From Candidatus Sumerlaeaceae bacterium (GTDB taxonomy: Bacteria > Sumerlaeota > Sumerlaeia > Sumerlaeales > Sumerlaeaceae): a stretch of 64,000 bases of DNA. The stretch lies in assembly GCA_051003195.1 (NCBI GenBank), contig JBPCLP010000028.1:32001-96000 (forward strand), written 5' to 3'. Made by a program: the position numbers and the translations under genes. Shown one piece after another: positions 29,907 through 41,424 of the stretch; within the stretch, counting starts at the first letter, position 1, and each line of letters begins with the position of its first letter. The notes under the pieces are model-generated. The model saw only the letters and a list, made by a program, of their open reading frames with translations. It had not been told where the DNA came from and did no database searches.

Positions 29907-30795
29907 AACCGACACGCCGTCCGAACCTGAGCGCACACGGCTGACCGACCTGCTTCGCCGCCACGGGTTGAAGACTACGAAAAGCCTGGGGCAGCATTTT
30001 CTAATCGACGATGAAGTCTTGCACACAATTGCACATTCGCTGGAACCCGGCCCTGGCAGTGACGTAGTCGAGATCGGCTCCGGCGCTGGGAATCTCGCAG
30101 TAATGCTGTCGCTGTCCGGAGCAAAGGTGACTGCTCTGGAAGTCGACCGAAAGTTCGAGCTATTGCACCGTGAGATTCAACTGTCACCCGGGGGCATGAC
30201 CGAACGGCTGCGATGGCAATACATGGACGCGTTAGACTTTGATTACGCAGCCGCGGCACGCGCAACGCACGAGCTCGGTCGTCGCTTTCTCATCGCCGGC
30301 AATATTCCGTACCAGATTACATCGCCGCTGATTATGAAGATCCTCGAGAGCGGTGCTGCGTTTGATTGTATGGTGCTGATGATCCAGCGCGAAGTAGCGG
30401 AACGCCTGGCCGCCACGCCCGGCGGCAGGAAAAGCGGTGCGATTACGATCAAGGTGCAGTACTATTGCACGGTTGAACCTGTATTGGATGTTCCACCTGA
30501 GGCGTTTCTTCCGCCGCCGGAAGTACACTCTCGTGTACTGCGGTTTGTCCGAAAAGAAAGCGACATGGATCACAATCCACCGAAGTTCTTTCGGCTGGTT
30601 GAAGCAGCGTTTATGCACCGGCGAAAGACCCTGGTGAATGCCGTGTCGAGCGGCACCCTCGGCTACTCGCGCGAGCAACTCGAAGAAGCGCTGGCCGCCA
30701 TTGGGTTGTCCGCCAGGGTACGTGCTGAAGAGCTTGGTGTAGCTGCATTTATTGCGTTACAGCAGCACCTGGACGGCAGCGCTGCCGCCGGCTAG
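29896..30795 (+). CDS. rsmA: 16S rRNA (adenine-N6)-dimethyltransferase
   Basis: KSLGQHFL, EIGSGAG, GNIPYQIT, MIQREVAERL, FLPPPEV, RRKTL, RAEEL. Confidence 0.96.
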   Translation: MSPKTDTPSEPERTRLTDLLRRHGLKTTKSLGQHFLIDDEVLHTIAHSLEPGPGSDVVEIGSGAGNLAVMLSLSGAKVTALEVDRKFELLHREIQLSPGGMTERLRWQYMDALDFDYAAAARATHELGRRFLIAGNIPYQITSPLIMKILESGAAFDCMVLMIQREVAERLAATPGGRKSGAITIKVQYYCTVEPVLDVPPEAFLPPPEVHSRVLRFVRKESDMDHNPPKFFRLVEAAFMHRRKTLVNAVSSGTLGYSREQLEEALAAIGLSARVRAEELGVAAFIALQQHLDGSAAAG

Positions 30796-30868
30796 TCCCT
30801 GAAACTCATTGCACTCGCGGTTGCAGCTTATCAGGAGTACGTCAGCAACCCCCGCCGGAGGACTTCCC

Positions 30869-31450
30869 ATGCCACTATTCCTGACATCGCGCATCCGAGG
30901 TGCAGCACGTCATTGGATTATAGGCTGCCTTGTCATCATTTTCATTATAATCGTTGTTATAGGCTCTGGTTTTTATTACGTTTCCAAAAAGGTCGGCATA
31001 GGCACATTCGATGTGGTGGCAAAGGCAGATCCGCCGGCTTACGCAACGACAGACGAGCTACTGCCCTCCAGGGCCGGATCCTTTACCCGTACCTCCGTTA
31101 CCTCCAACAGCGCCGAGATTGCCGGCATGATGTCGACTGCGCCGGCTAACACCAGGATGAACGCAACATCAGGTACCGTGGCGGCGCTCTACGCCGACCC
31201 GTCAAACCTGAGCGCGCTGGTCTTTGCGATGAACACAGGGGAGGTCCACCGTTCCGGGTCGGAGAGTAATCCTTTTGAGAGCATCGCAAAAAGCAAAGGA
31301 GATCACAGCCAGGGCTTTCACGCGCAGTCGAAGTTCAAAAACATTCAGATGGGAATGGCCGGCTGGAGCAAGCCGAACTGGACCTATGCTGTGATCACGA
31401 CGGAAACCGAGGCACTTGATTTCGCAAAGAACTTCGACCCCGCTAAATAG
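30869..31450 (+). CDS. membrane-anchored hypothetical protein
   Basis: GGAGG RBS; N-terminal TM helix WIIGCLVIIFIIIVVIGSGFYY followed by a soluble domain. Confidence 0.7.
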   Translation: MPLFLTSRIRGAARHWIIGCLVIIFIIIVVIGSGFYYVSKKVGIGTFDVVAKADPPAYATTDELLPSRAGSFTRTSVTSNSAEIAGMMSTAPANTRMNATSGTVAALYADPSNLSALVFAMNTGEVHRSGSESNPFESIAKSKGDHSQGFHAQSKFKNIQMGMAGWSKPNWTYAVITTETEALDFAKNFDPAK

Positions 31451-31547
31451 TGTGCCGAACCCGAAGTTCCTATCCAGTTTGGTCGCGGAAAATGAGCTCA
31501 GTTCGGCACACAAAACTGATTACGAACTAACGGTACACCACACCTAG
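31448..31547. repeat. full single copy of the GTGTGCCG palindromic element
   Basis: GTGTGCCGAAC (31450-31460) / GTTCGGCACAC (31501-31511), then AAAACTGATTACGAACTAACGGTACACCACAC; bounded by TAG at both ends. Confidence 0.9.
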
Positions 31548-31548
31548 C

Positions 31549-31585
31549 AAATAAAATGGCGGCGCGAGCTTTAAGCCCGCGCCGC
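31549..31585 (-). terminator. intrinsic terminator of the hybrid kinase gene
   Basis: On the - strand, GCGGCGCGGGCTT-A-AAGCTCGCGCCGC followed by CATTTTATTT. Confidence 0.75.
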
Positions 31586-31611
31586 TTGTGTAACCTTAAT
31601 CCCGTACTGGA

Positions 31612-34600
31612 TTACCGGTGCAGCCACATCCTCATCATCGACAGCAACTGCTCCTGGTCGACAGGCTTGGTGATGTAGTCGCTGGCGCCAGCTTCGATGC
31701 ATTTCTCGCGGTCGCCCTTCATTGCCTTCGCCGTTACGGCAATAATCGGTAGCGACTTATAGCGCGGGAAATCACGGATAGCGCGGATGGCCTCGTAGCC
31801 GTCCATATCCGGCATCATGATATCCATCAGGATCAGATCAACATCCGGCTGACGCTCCAGCATTTCCACGGCATCGCGGCCGCTCTCCGACGACATCACC
31901 TGCATTTGGTTGCGTTCAAGGATGCTGCTCATGGCAAAGATGTTGCGCGCATCGTCATCAACGATCAACGCCCGCTTGCCACCAAGCACGGTTGCCGGAT
32001 CGTGAAGCCGCTCCACCATTCTCCGTTTGTCCTCCGGTAACGAGTTTACCGGGCGATGAAGGAACAACGCGGTCTCATCCAGTAGCCGCTCCGGTGAGCG
32101 AACATCCTTCACGATCACCGAGTGAACCAGCTTGTTCAGGTGCGCCTCTTCATCCTTTGTCAGGTCCTTGCCTGTATACACGACAATCGGCACGTGGCGT
32201 GCCACATCGTTCTTTTGCAGCTGTTCGATCGCTTCGAACCCACTAAGACCGGGCAGGAGCAGATCGAGCACGATACAATCGAACCTCTCCTGCGAAGCTG
32301 CGGCCAGCGCCTCTTCCGCGCTACCCACCGCCGTTGTGTTTACGTCACCATTTCCGATCAGCCCCATAATGGCGTTCCGATCGCGTTCGTCATCCTCCAC
32401 GATCAACAGGCGTTTGGCCGGCTTTTCGATGAACTCCGCAGCACGTTTAAAGACTTCTTCGAGTTTTTCACGGGCAACCGGTTTGGTCATCGCGTCAAAT
32501 GCGCCACGTTTCACACCACGAGTCCGTTCCTCATCCACCGAAATAATAACGACGGGGATGTGACGAGTACTGGAATCGGTTTTGAGTCGATCCAGGATCG
32601 TGAACCCATCAATATCAGGCAGGAAGATATCGAGCGTGATCGCGTCTGGACGGAAGCCATGTGCCAGCGCGAGTGCAGTATCTCCGCGTGTCGCAACCAG
32701 CCCTTTAAAGCCGAGCTCACGCGCGACCTCAAGCAGCACCTTGCCAAAGTTCCGGTCGTCCTCGACGATCAACATCACGCGATCGCCTGGCTTGATACTG
32801 GCCCGATCATCCGGCAGTTCAACGCCGGCCTGCCGTAGATGTTCGGCACGGGAACTGGGTGTATAGACCGCACGGTCAGCACCTGCACTAATGCGCGCAG
32901 CCAGTGGCGAAAGCATTGTAGCACCACCTGCTGCAATCGCGCCGGCTGCTGCATAGCTTGTGCTGCCACTATAAGCCGCCGCGCTCGCAAGGGACGAGCC
33001 GTTTCCGTCGCCGTCTTCATCCTGCAATTCCTCGACGGGCTTGGGGGGAGTGGTCGACACATACTCCAGGGGCACATACAGCACAAAGGTGCTCCCCATT
33101 CCCGGCGTGCTGCTAAGCCGGATTTCGCCGCCGAGAAGACGCGCAATTTCGCGGCTGATCGACAATCCCAGGCCCGTGCCGCCAAACTTGCGGTTGGTCG
33201 CGCCTTCTGCCTGTTGGAACGCCTCGAAGATAATGGCCTGTTTATCGAGCGGAATTCCGATGCCCGTGTCTTCCACGCTGAACGCGACGACCGACTCCGC
33301 CTTCGAAAGCACGGGATGCGCTTGTGAGTAACCTGCTTTTGCCTGGTGCATCCGCAGTTTGACATGGCCCTGCTCCGTGAACTTGAAAGCGTTCGCGAGC
33401 AGATTCTTCAGCACCTGCTGCAGGCGTTTCGGATCCGTATGCATCGTTGCCGGCAGATCCGGGTCGGTTTCGATAATGAACTCGAGGTTTTTTTGCTCGC
33501 CGACATGGCGGAACGTGCGCTCGACGAAGTCCTCCAGATCCACGAACGGCACTTCTTCGATGTCGAGCGTGACAGTTCCGGATTCGATCTTCGATAGATC
33601 CAGGATGTCGTTGATTAGCGAGAGCAGATCGCTGCCCGCGCCGTTGATCGTCTGCGCGTACTCGACCTGCCGCCCACTGAGGTTGCCCTCCGGATTGTCC
33701 GCTAACTGACGCGACAGGATGAGAAGCGAATTGAGCGGGGTGCGCAACTCGTGACTCATATTAGCCAGGAATTCGTTCTTGTACTTGGAGGTGAGGGTCA
33801 GCTGCGAAGCCTTCTCCTCCAGCGCCTCTTTCGCCAATTCCACTTCGCGGTTCTTGCGTTCCACTTCCATGTTCTGGTCGGCCAGTTGCCGCGCCTTCTC
33901 TTCCAGTTCCGCGTTGGTCTGCTGCAGTTCCTGCTGGCGGCTTGTGAGTTCCTGCGCCAGGCTCTGCGACTGCTTCAGCAGCTCTTCTGTTCTCATGTTC
34001 GCTTCAATCGTGTTTAGCACGATGCCGATGGAATCGGTCAGTTGGTCGAGGAAGGTCAGGTGCGTATCGGTATAGCGCTCAAAGCTGGCCAGCTCGATGA
34101 TAGCTTTAACCTGTCCTTCAAATACGACCGGCATAACAACGATGTTGAGCGGAACTGCCTCACCGAGTCCTGAACTTATCTGGATATAGTCCGGGGGAAC
34201 ATTGGTCAGCAGAATCCGCTCCTTTTCCAGCGCCGTCTGTCCGACAAGTCCCTCGCCAAGACGGAAGCGGTTCGCCACCGTCTTCCGTTCCCGATAGGCA
34301 TAACTGGACAGCAGCTTGAGAATTGGTTCTGTGCTACTGGTGTCCATGATGTAGAATACACCCTGGTGCGCAGAGACCACAGGAGCCAGTTCGCTCAGGA
34401 TCAGGCGCCCTACCTCCAGCAGGTCTTTCTGCCCCTGCAGCATTCGTGTGAATTTCGCCAGGTTCGTCTTCAGCCAGTCCTGTTCAGTATTCTTCAGGCT
34501 GGTTTCGCGCAGGTTCACGATCATCTGGTTGATGTTGTCCTTGAGCAGGGCAACCTCGCCGCTCGCCGCGACATTGATTGACCGCGTGAGGTCGCCCTTC

Positions 34601-37600
34601 GTCACTGCGGTTGCCACATCTGCGATGGCGCGCAGCTGCGTGGTCAGCGAAGCAGCAAGCTGATTCACGTTGTCCGTGAGAGCACGCCATGTGCCGGCAG
34701 CGCCCGGGACATTGGCCTGGCCCCCCAGGCGGCCTTCGACACCTACCTCGCGCGCAACGCCAGTGACCTGGTCGGCGAACGTTGCCAGCGTGTCGATCAT
34801 GAAATTGATCGTGTCAGCCAACGCTGCAATTTCCCCCTTGGCCGCGAGGACCAACGTCTGGTTCAGGTCACCATTGGCGACCGCTGTGACGACTCGTGCG
34901 ATGCCGCGGACCTGCTCGGTCAGGTTTCCAGCCATCATGTTTACGGAGTCCGTGAGATCTTTCCACGTTCCCGCCACGCCTTTAACGTCGGCCTGGCCAC
35001 CCAGCTTTCCTTCAGTGCCTACTTCGCGCGCGACACGAGTCACTTCCGACGCGAACGAGCTGAGCTGGTCCACCATTGTATTGATCGTGTTTTTCAGTTC
35101 GAGGATTTCGCCCTGCACGTCGACGGTGATCTTACGCGACAGGTCGCCATTTGCAACTGCCGTCGTCACGTCGGCGATGTTACGAACCTGGCCCGTTAGA
35201 TTCGCGGCCATAAGATTCACGTTTTCCGTCAGATCCTTCCAGGTTCCCGCCACACCGGAAACGTATGCCTGGCCCCCCAGCTTGCCCTCCGTTCCGACTT
35301 CGCGTGCAACACGCGTTACCTCGGAAGCAAAGGAGCGCAGCTGGTCCACCATCGTGTTGATCGTATCCTTCAGCTCAAGGATTTCGCCTTTCACGTCGAC
35401 GGTAATCTTCTTGGACAGGTCGCCATTCGCCACCGCCGTCGTCACCTCGGCAATATTACGAACCTGCGCCGTCAGGTTGCCGGCCATCATGTTCACGGAG
35501 TCGGTGAGGTCTTTCCACGTCCCGGACACACCTTTAACATCTGCCTGGCCGCCGAGCCGTCCCTCCGAACCCACTTCTCGTGCCACACGTGTTACTTCCG
35601 ACGCGAACGAGCTGAGCTGGTCCACCATCGTGTTGATGGTGTTCTTCAGCTCAAGAATCTCGCCTCGCACATCCACCGTAATTTTCTTTGATAGATCGCC
35701 ATTCGCGACGGCCGTCGTTACCGCTGCGATGTTACGCACCTGGCCCGTAAGATTCGCGGCCAGCAGGTTCACGTTGTCCGTCAGATCTTTCCACGTCCCG
35801 GACACGCCTTTAACGTCGGCCTGCCCGCCCAGTTTTCCTTCCGTACCCACCTCGCGCGCCACGCGCGTCACTTCCGACGCAAACGAACGAAGCTGGTCCA
35901 CCATCGTGTTGATCGTATTTTTCAGTTCGAGAATTTCGCCGCGCACATCGACCGTGATCTTCTTGGAAAGGTCGCCATTCGCGACCGCCGTCGTCACTTC
36001 CGCGATGTTACGGACCTGGCCCGTAAGATTACCTGCCATCATGTTTACCGAATCGGTAAGGTCTTTCCACGTACCGCTGACGCCCTTTACGTCGGCCTGG
36101 CCGCCGAGGCGCCCTTCCGAACCCACCTCGCGTGCGACACGCGTCACTTCGGACGCGAACGAGCTGAGCTGATCCACCATCGTGTTGATGGTGTTCTTGA
36201 GCTCCAGGATTTCGCCTTTAACGTCGACCGTGATTTTACGCGAAAGGTCGCCATTCGCGACTGCCGTTGTCACTTCCGCGATATTACGCACCTGGCCCGT
36301 AAGATTCGCCGCCAGCATGTTCACGCTGTCCGTCAGGTCCTTCCACGTGCCGCTGACCCCTTTGACGTCGGCCTGGCCGCCCAGCTTACCTTCCACACCC
36401 ACTTCGCGCGCGACACGGGTCACCTCAGAGGCAAACGAGCGGAGCTGATCCACCATCGTGTTGATCGTGTCTTTGAGTTCGAGAATTTCGCCGCGCACGT
36501 CCACCGTGATCTTGCGCGAAAGATCGCCGTTCGCGACGGCCGTTGTCACTTCAGCGATGTTACGTACCTGTGCGGTCAGGTTTCCAGCCATCATGTTCAC
36601 CGAGTCCGTCAGATCCTTCCACGTCCCGCTGACACCTTTCACCTCGGCCTGGCCGCCCAGCCGACCTTCCGAACCTACTTCGCGCGCCACACGTGTCACT
36701 TCCGAAGCGAATGAACCGAGCTGATCCACCATCGTGTTGATCGTGTTCTTCAGCTCCAGGATTTCGCCTTTCACGTCGACCGTGATCTTACGCGACAGAT
36801 CACCATTCGCGACAGCCGTTGTCACTTCGGCGATGTTACGCACCTGGCCCGTAAGATTACCGGCCATCATGTTCACGCTGTCCGTCAGATCCTTCCACGT
36901 GCCGGACACGCCTTTAACGTCGGCCTGGCCCCCGAGCCGGCCTTCGGAACCCACCTCGCGTGCAACACGTGTCACTTCCGAAGCGAATGAACCGAGCTGA
37001 TCCACCATCGTGTTGATCGTGTTTTTCAGCTCGAGAATTTCTCCGCGGACATCGACGGTGATCTTTTTCGAAAGATCGCCATTAGCCACTGCGGTCGTAA
37101 CAGCGGCAATGTTACGCACCTGGCCTGTCAGGTTTGCGGCGAGAAGGTTCACGTTGTCCGTCAGATCCTTCCACGTACCGCTGACGCCCTTAACGTCTGC
37201 CTGGCCTCCCAGCTTTCCTTCCGTACCCACTTCGCGCGCCACACGCGTCACTTCCGAAGCGAAGGATCCGAGCTGATCCACCATCGTATTGATTGTGTCT
37301 TTCAGCTCAAGAATCTCGCCGCGCACATCCACGGTAATCTTCTTCGAAAGGTCGCCGTTCGCGACGGCGGTCGTCACCTCTGCGATGTTACGGACCTGGG
37401 CGGTAAGATTCGACGCCATCGAGTTCACCGAGTCCGTAAGATCCTTCCACGTACCGGCGACGCCCTTCACCTTCGCCTGTCCGCCAAGCTTACCTTCGGT
37501 ACCCACCTCTCGAGCCACACGCGTCACTTCGGAAGCAAAGGAGCCAAGCTGGCTCACCATCGTGTTCACGGTTCGCGCGGTACGAAGAAACTCACCTTCC

Positions 37601-38025
37601 AGCGGACGCCCATCCACTTCCAGTTCCATGTTCTGGTTGAGGTCGCCTCGCGCCACGGCCCCGATCACGCGGCTCATCTCGTTGGTCGGACGCACCAGGT
37701 CGTCGATCAGGCCATTGATCGAATTCACCCACTCGCTCCAGTCACCGCCGACCTGCGGTAGCGTTGCCCGCTGCCCCAGCTTTCCCTCCTTGCCGACGAC
37801 TCGCTGCAGGCGATTCACTTCCTTGACCATGCGGTCATTCATTTCGAAAACATCGTTCAGCGTTTCGGCAATTTTGCCTTCGACGCCTGCCCATCCGATC
37901 GGTAGTCGGACGGAGAAATCACCCTTTCGAAACGCAGCGAGTGCGGACAGCAAATCTCGCATGTCGCACGGAATTTCTCGGGTGTTGGAAACGGTGGTTA
38001 CGGGCTTCGCCCCACGAGGACTCAT
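31612..38025 (-). CDS. poly-HAMP hybrid sensor histidine kinase (HAMP array, GAF, HisKA, HATPase, 3 receivers; OsaA/NIK1-like)
   Basis: 92-aa HAMP repeats; [38 protein letters not shown]; three receiver domains. Confidence 0.96.
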   Translation of the reverse strand: MSPRGAKPVTTVSNTREIPCDMRDLLSALAAFRKGDFSVRLPIGWAGVEGKIAETLNDVFEMNDRMVKEVNRLQRVVGKEGKLGQRATLPQVGGDWSEWVNSINGLIDDLVRPTNEMSRVIGAVARGDLNQNMELEVDGRPLEGEFLRTARTVNTMVSQLGSFASEVTRVAREVGTEGKLGGQAKVKGVAGTWKDLTDSVNSMASNLTAQVRNIAEVTTAVANGDLSKKITVDVRGEILELKDTINTMVDQLGSFASEVTRVAREVGTEGKLGGQADVKGVSGTWKDLTDNVNLLAANLTGQVRNIAAVTTAVANGDLSKKITVDVRGEILELKNTINTMVDQLGSFASEVTRVAREVGSEGRLGGQADVKGVSGTWKDLTDSVNMMAGNLTGQVRNIAEVTTAVANGDLSRKITVDVKGEILELKNTINTMVDQLGSFASEVTRVAREVGSEGRLGGQAEVKGVSGTWKDLTDSVNMMAGNLTAQVRNIAEVTTAVANGDLSRKITVDVRGEILELKDTINTMVDQLRSFASEVTRVAREVGVEGKLGGQADVKGVSGTWKDLTDSVNMLAANLTGQVRNIAEVTTAVANGDLSRKITVDVKGEILELKNTINTMVDQLSSFASEVTRVAREVGSEGRLGGQADVKGVSGTWKDLTDSVNMMAGNLTGQVRNIAEVTTAVANGDLSKKITVDVRGEILELKNTINTMVDQLRSFASEVTRVAREVGTEGKLGGQADVKGVSGTWKDLTDNVNLLAANLTGQVRNIAAVTTAVANGDLSKKITVDVRGEILELKNTINTMVDQLSSFASEVTRVAREVGSEGRLGGQADVKGVSGTWKDLTDSVNMMAGNLTAQVRNIAEVTTAVANGDLSKKITVDVKGEILELKDTINTMVDQLRSFASEVTRVAREVGTEGKLGGQAYVSGVAGTWKDLTENVNLMAANLTGQVRNIADVTTAVANGDLSRKITVDVQGEILELKNTINTMVDQLSSFASEVTRVAREVGTEGKLGGQADVKGVAGTWKDLTDSVNMMAGNLTEQVRGIARVVTAVANGDLNQTLVLAAKGEIAALADTINFMIDTLATFADQVTGVAREVGVEGRLGGQANVPGAAGTWRALTDNVNQLAASLTTQLRAIADVATAVTKGDLTRSINVAASGEVALLKDNINQMIVNLRETSLKNTEQDWLKTNLAKFTRMLQGQKDLLEVGRLILSELAPVVSAHQGVFYIMDTSSTEPILKLLSSYAYRERKTVANRFRLGEGLVGQTALEKERILLTNVPPDYIQISSGLGEAVPLNIVVMPVVFEGQVKAIIELASFERYTDTHLTFLDQLTDSIGIVLNTIEANMRTEELLKQSQSLAQELTSRQQELQQTNAELEEKARQLADQNMEVERKNREVELAKEALEEKASQLTLTSKYKNEFLANMSHELRTPLNSLLILSRQLADNPEGNLSGRQVEYAQTINGAGSDLLSLINDILDLSKIESGTVTLDIEEVPFVDLEDFVERTFRHVGEQKNLEFIIETDPDLPATMHTDPKRLQQVLKNLLANAFKFTEQGHVKLRMHQAKAGYSQAHPVLSKAESVVAFSVEDTGIGIPLDKQAIIFEAFQQAEGATNRKFGGTGLGLSISREIARLLGGEIRLSSTPGMGSTFVLYVPLEYVSTTPPKPVEELQDEDGDGNGSSLASAAAYSGSTSYAAAGAIAAGGATMLSPLAARISAGADRAVYTPSSRAEHLRQAGVELPDDRASIKPGDRVMLIVEDDRNFGKVLLEVARELGFKGLVATRGDTALALAHGFRPDAITLDIFLPDIDGFTILDRLKTDSSTRHIPVVIISVDEERTRGVKRGAFDAMTKPVAREKLEEVFKRAAEFIEKPAKRLLIVEDDERDRNAIMGLIGNGDVNTTAVGSAEEALAAASQERFDCIVLDLLLPGLSGFEAIEQLQKNDVARHVPIVVYTGKDLTKDEEAHLNKLVHSVIVKDVRSPERLLDETALFLHRPVNSLPEDKRRMVERLHDPATVLGGKRALIVDDDARNIFAMSSILERNQMQVMSSESGRDAVEMLERQPDVDLILMDIMMPDMDGYEAIRAIRDFPRYKSLPIIAVTAKAMKGDREKCIEAGASDYITKPVDQEQLLSMMRMWLHR
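34560..37960 (-). repeat. intragenic 276-bp tandem repeat array (about 12 HAMP units)
   Basis: GTWKDLT codons recur every 276 bp from ~34960 to ~37450 (10 copies), plus diverged GTWRALT and GDWSEWV end units. Boundaries are approximate. Confidence 0.92.
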
Positions 38026-38251
38026 ACAACGACCTGTCTTTTAGATTGATTTGCAGTTTATAGTAACTCTAAACTCTACAAAGCAAGGCTTCTATTTAAA
38101 AAAACTGCCCACTTATTGGGCCTATTTAGGGAAGCCGTATTCTCTCGAAAAAGCACGCCAAAGGCGTGCGGCGCTGCGCTTCTCATACACTCTGTGCACT
38201 CTCGGTAGGCGCAGTCCGAGCCGGTTGGAGAGGAGCTGTATTACGGCCGGG

Positions 38252-39169
38252 CTACGAGCCCTCACGTTCGAAGCGCCGCAGGACATCGTGGCTGATGGCG
38301 GGAGTACCCCCGGCCTGGGTGGCTACGTACGCCCCGGCTAAATTTGCTTTTCTCAACGAGTCGCGAAGGCTGTGGCCTGTTGCCAGGTGTAGCACAAAGG
38401 CCGCTGTAAAGGCGTCTCCCGAACCGACGGTGTCCTTCACCTCAACCTTCACGCCCTCAGAGGCGGCATGCTCCCCCTTGGACCATGCTTCTGCTCCCAT
38501 GGGACCGCGCGTAAGCACAACTGTCGCAATATCGAATTTTTGGATTAGATCCTGGACCGCATCAATCTCATTCGCTGGAAGGCCCAATTTAGGTCGCATA
38601 GCCGCGAGTTCGCCTTCGTTGAGCTTCAACACATCCGTCAACTCAAGCGTGGACCGCAGTACCTGTTCATCGTAGTGTGGCGGTCGCAGGTTGATGTCGC
38701 AAACGCGCAGGCAATTGGCGGGCGCGGAGGCCAGCGCCGCCTGGATGCTGGTGCGCGAGATCGCCGACCGCTGCGCGAGTGTCCCGAAGCACAGAATGTC
38801 AGCTTTATCCAGCAGGTAACGGTCGCCGTCGTAGAACTCAATGTAGTCCCATGCCACTTCAGGCGTGATCTCATAGCTGGCGGTGCCGCCTGCACCCAGC
38901 GTGACCGGCACTGTTCCCGTTGGTCGAACCGGATCGACCTGGATGTAATCGCGCGGAAGGCCAATCTCCTCTGCACGATTGCGAATGAGGCTTCCCAGGT
39001 CGTCCCGGCCTACGCGCGAGATCAGGGAACCCGTTGCGCCGAACGCGTGCGCATGATAGGCGAAATTGAAAGGGGCGCCGCCAAGATGACGCTCTTCTCC
39101 GATGAGGTCCCACAACACTTCACCTATTGCGACAACATTCAGATCCTCAACTGGAACCACACTCGCCAT
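38252..39169 (-). CDS. PfkB family carbohydrate kinase (fructokinase-like)
   Basis: GEVLWD, GGAPFN, DINLR, KLNEGE, DTVGSGDAF. Confidence 0.93.
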   Translation of the reverse strand: MASVVPVEDLNVVAIGEVLWDLIGEERHLGGAPFNFAYHAHAFGATGSLISRVGRDDLGSLIRNRAEEIGLPRDYIQVDPVRPTGTVPVTLGAGGTASYEITPEVAWDYIEFYDGDRYLLDKADILCFGTLAQRSAISRTSIQAALASAPANCLRVCDINLRPPHYDEQVLRSTLELTDVLKLNEGELAAMRPKLGLPANEIDAVQDLIQKFDIATVVLTRGPMGAEAWSKGEHAASEGVKVEVKDTVGSGDAFTAAFVLHLATGHSLRDSLRKANLAGAYVATQAGGTPAISHDVLRRFEREGS

Positions 39170-39208
39170 GTTTTGCCTCTCACCGTTTAATCACATGATG
39201 CAACCCAG

Positions 39209-40264
39209 CTACCGCTTGCGGCGAAACAGACCGTCAATCTTCTTCTCATCCATGCCAAGCGCGCGGTAAACAAGCTGGTAACAGCCGATCGCATCCCGGT
39301 TCGCACGCGCCGCGTCGAACTCGGTGTCGTCAATAGAATCAGCCACGTCGCACAGGAACTCCCACTGCTTCACACTCTGTATCGTGGCGGCTGCAGCGTC
39401 TTCGGTATAGGGATACAGATCGAATCCTACGCGTTCGCCTTTGTCGCCATATCCGCCCCGCTGCAGTTCCTTGGCGATCGCGATCGTTTCCATGAAGTTC
39501 AGGCAGCCTGTCATGTTGTCGTCGTCAAAAGTTCCCCAGCCGCTGTTTGCATGAAGGTGACCAAGTTTACCGAGGCTCATTAGCAGCGCTGCATATTCTG
39601 CGAGCGGCTCGCCGTTCATGATCAGGTGCTGGAAATCCATGTTCACCGACAGCCGCGACGTATCGACTCCCGCATCCCTGATGCGCTGAATCGTAAACAG
39701 CGTCATGCCAATATTGCGCATGAGTATCTTCATGGCGGGCTCGCTGTTTTTGTGCTCCAGGAAAACTTTCACCTTTTTCGAAGCGGCATAGTCCACGACC
39801 TTGCCGACGTTCTTCACGAACGCATTCCACGTCTTAACGTAATCAAGCTGGAATGGGTAATTGTACCCTTCTGCCCCCGGCCAGATGATGAGGTGCGCAC
39901 CGGCCTGTTTCGCAATATCCACGGCGTTACAGGCAAGTTTTACAGCCAGGCGTTGCTTTGCCGGATCCGGATTAATAAACGAACCCTGGATAAAGTCGTC
40001 CATGCAGTGAAACCCAATCGCGACACAGTAGAGTTCTTTCTTTCCGAGCGCCTTAATGATGGCATCGTAGCTCTTCTCGTTGATTTCGCCGGGGTAATGG
40101 AACTCGTAGCTGTCGATGTAATCCCCGCAGGCGTCCACAACCCTTTTCGTACGAGACACCATGTCCTCGTCGCGTGCCTCAAAGTGATAACCGCCGGGGA
40201 CAAACCGCGTCGCATTTGGACCGAAAGCCCAGATGCCTACCGAGTTTTTAATTCGTTTCCTCAT
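39209..40264 (-). CDS. xylose-isomerase-like TIM-barrel sugar isomerase
   Basis: SVGIWAFG, IWPGAEGY, EHKNSEP, NMDFQH, HANSGWGTFDDD and GFDLYP resemble XylA/RhaI metal-ligand motifs. Confidence 0.8.
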   Translation of the reverse strand: MRKRIKNSVGIWAFGPNATRFVPGGYHFEARDEDMVSRTKRVVDACGDYIDSYEFHYPGEINEKSYDAIIKALGKKELYCVAIGFHCMDDFIQGSFINPDPAKQRLAVKLACNAVDIAKQAGAHLIIWPGAEGYNYPFQLDYVKTWNAFVKNVGKVVDYAASKKVKVFLEHKNSEPAMKILMRNIGMTLFTIQRIRDAGVDTSRLSVNMDFQHLIMNGEPLAEYAALLMSLGKLGHLHANSGWGTFDDDNMTGCLNFMETIAIAKELQRGGYGDKGERVGFDLYPYTEDAAAATIQSVKQWEFLCDVADSIDDTEFDAARANRDAIGCYQLVYRALGMDEKKIDGLFRRKR

Positions 40265-40421
40265 GCATGCTCCATTAATTTTTCAACTACAGCAAAGGCT
40301 TGGAGCCGCATGTTCAATGGAAAGATGGACGTCAGCAATGGCATCACACAGCCTTTGCCATCGGCCCTAACTCCATAGGCCAGCGACGTGCTTTGAAGGT
40401 TGCAACCCTCACAGGGCTGCA

Positions 40422-40952
40422 ATGTCTGGCTGCTCTATGGAAAATTCGGAAGCCCCACAGCGCGTGATAATTCGAAAGGCGCAGCCAGCCGACGCGGATG
40501 TGATGCTTGCGCTCATTGTAGCGCTCGCGGAATACGAAAAGATCGAGCCGCCCGATGAGCCGGCGCGGCACAGACTCGTGCGCGATGCTTTCAGTGATAA
40601 ACCACGCTTCGAGGTACTCCTGGCAGAAACCGCGGAGCACACCGCCATCGGCTATGCCTTCATCCTTGAGACCTATTCGAGCTTTAAGGCTTTGCCGACA
40701 CTGTACCTCGAGGATATCTTTGTGTTGCCGGAAAAACGGGGAGCTGGAGCGGGCTTCGCCCTTTTCCGCGAAGTGGTACGGGAGGCCAGGAGGCGCGGGT
40801 GCAGCCGCGTCGATTTCCAGGTGTTGCGCTGGAACACACTCGCTCAAGACTTCTATGCGCGGCTGGGAGCCGTGCACCTCGAGGACTGGTGGCCATACCG
40901 GCTGGAGGCTCAGCAGTTTGATGCGGTCGCCGATGCCTCACTTCGGCGATAA
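40422..40952 (+). CDS. GNAT N-acetyltransferase (diamine/SSAT-like)
   Basis: LAEYEK, YSSF...LYLEDIFV...RGAGAG, VLRWNTLAQDFYARLG. Start is 40422 or the next ATG. Confidence 0.9.
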   Translation: MSGCSMENSEAPQRVIIRKAQPADADVMLALIVALAEYEKIEPPDEPARHRLVRDAFSDKPRFEVLLAETAEHTAIGYAFILETYSSFKALPTLYLEDIFVLPEKRGAGAGFALFREVVREARRRGCSRVDFQVLRWNTLAQDFYARLGAVHLEDWWPYRLEAQQFDAVADASLRR

Positions 40953-40981
40953 GGCACACAAAACGCGCAATAGGGCTTCAC

Positions 40982-41419
40982 ATGCGTTCGAATCATGAAA
41001 AGTTTATGCGGATGGCAATTGGGCGTGCCGAGGCCGGAGACGCTCCCTATGGAGCAGTCATGGTTCAAAATGGGATCGTCGTCGCTTCCTCTTTTAACAC
41101 CGTGAAAGCAGATCGTGATCCTACGGCGCACGCCGAAATTAAACTGGTTCGCGCGACGGTGCGCGAGCTTGGGCTCACCAATCTTGAGACGTGCACGATG
41201 TACAGCACGGTCGAACCATGTCCCATGTGCATGGGCGCCGCAATGCTGGCCGGCGTCGGGACCGTCGTGTATGGCGCCAGTATTCAGGAGGTAAAAGCAT
41301 ACCGACCCCAGATTGAGCTGAGCTGTCGCGAAGTGGCCGCTCGCGGGTTCCGAAAAATTGAAGTCATCGGCGGTGTGCTTGGTGACCTTTGCGTGGCGCC
41401 CTTTGGCCTCGGGAAATGA
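40982..41419 (+). CDS. zinc-dependent nucleoside/nucleobase deaminase (GuaD/TadA-like)
   Basis: PYGAV, DPTAHAE, EPCPMC. Confidence 0.9.
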   Translation: MRSNHEKFMRMAIGRAEAGDAPYGAVMVQNGIVVASSFNTVKADRDPTAHAEIKLVRATVRELGLTNLETCTMYSTVEPCPMCMGAAMLAGVGTVVYGASIQEVKAYRPQIELSCREVAARGFRKIEVIGGVLGDLCVAPFGLGK

Positions 41420-41424
41420 GCTGG

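Noticed and set aside
34670..38044. Long and periodic plus-strand ORFs (500 aa, four of 88 aa, 251 aa)
   Set aside because: Antisense shadows of the 276-bp HAMP repeats of the kinase.
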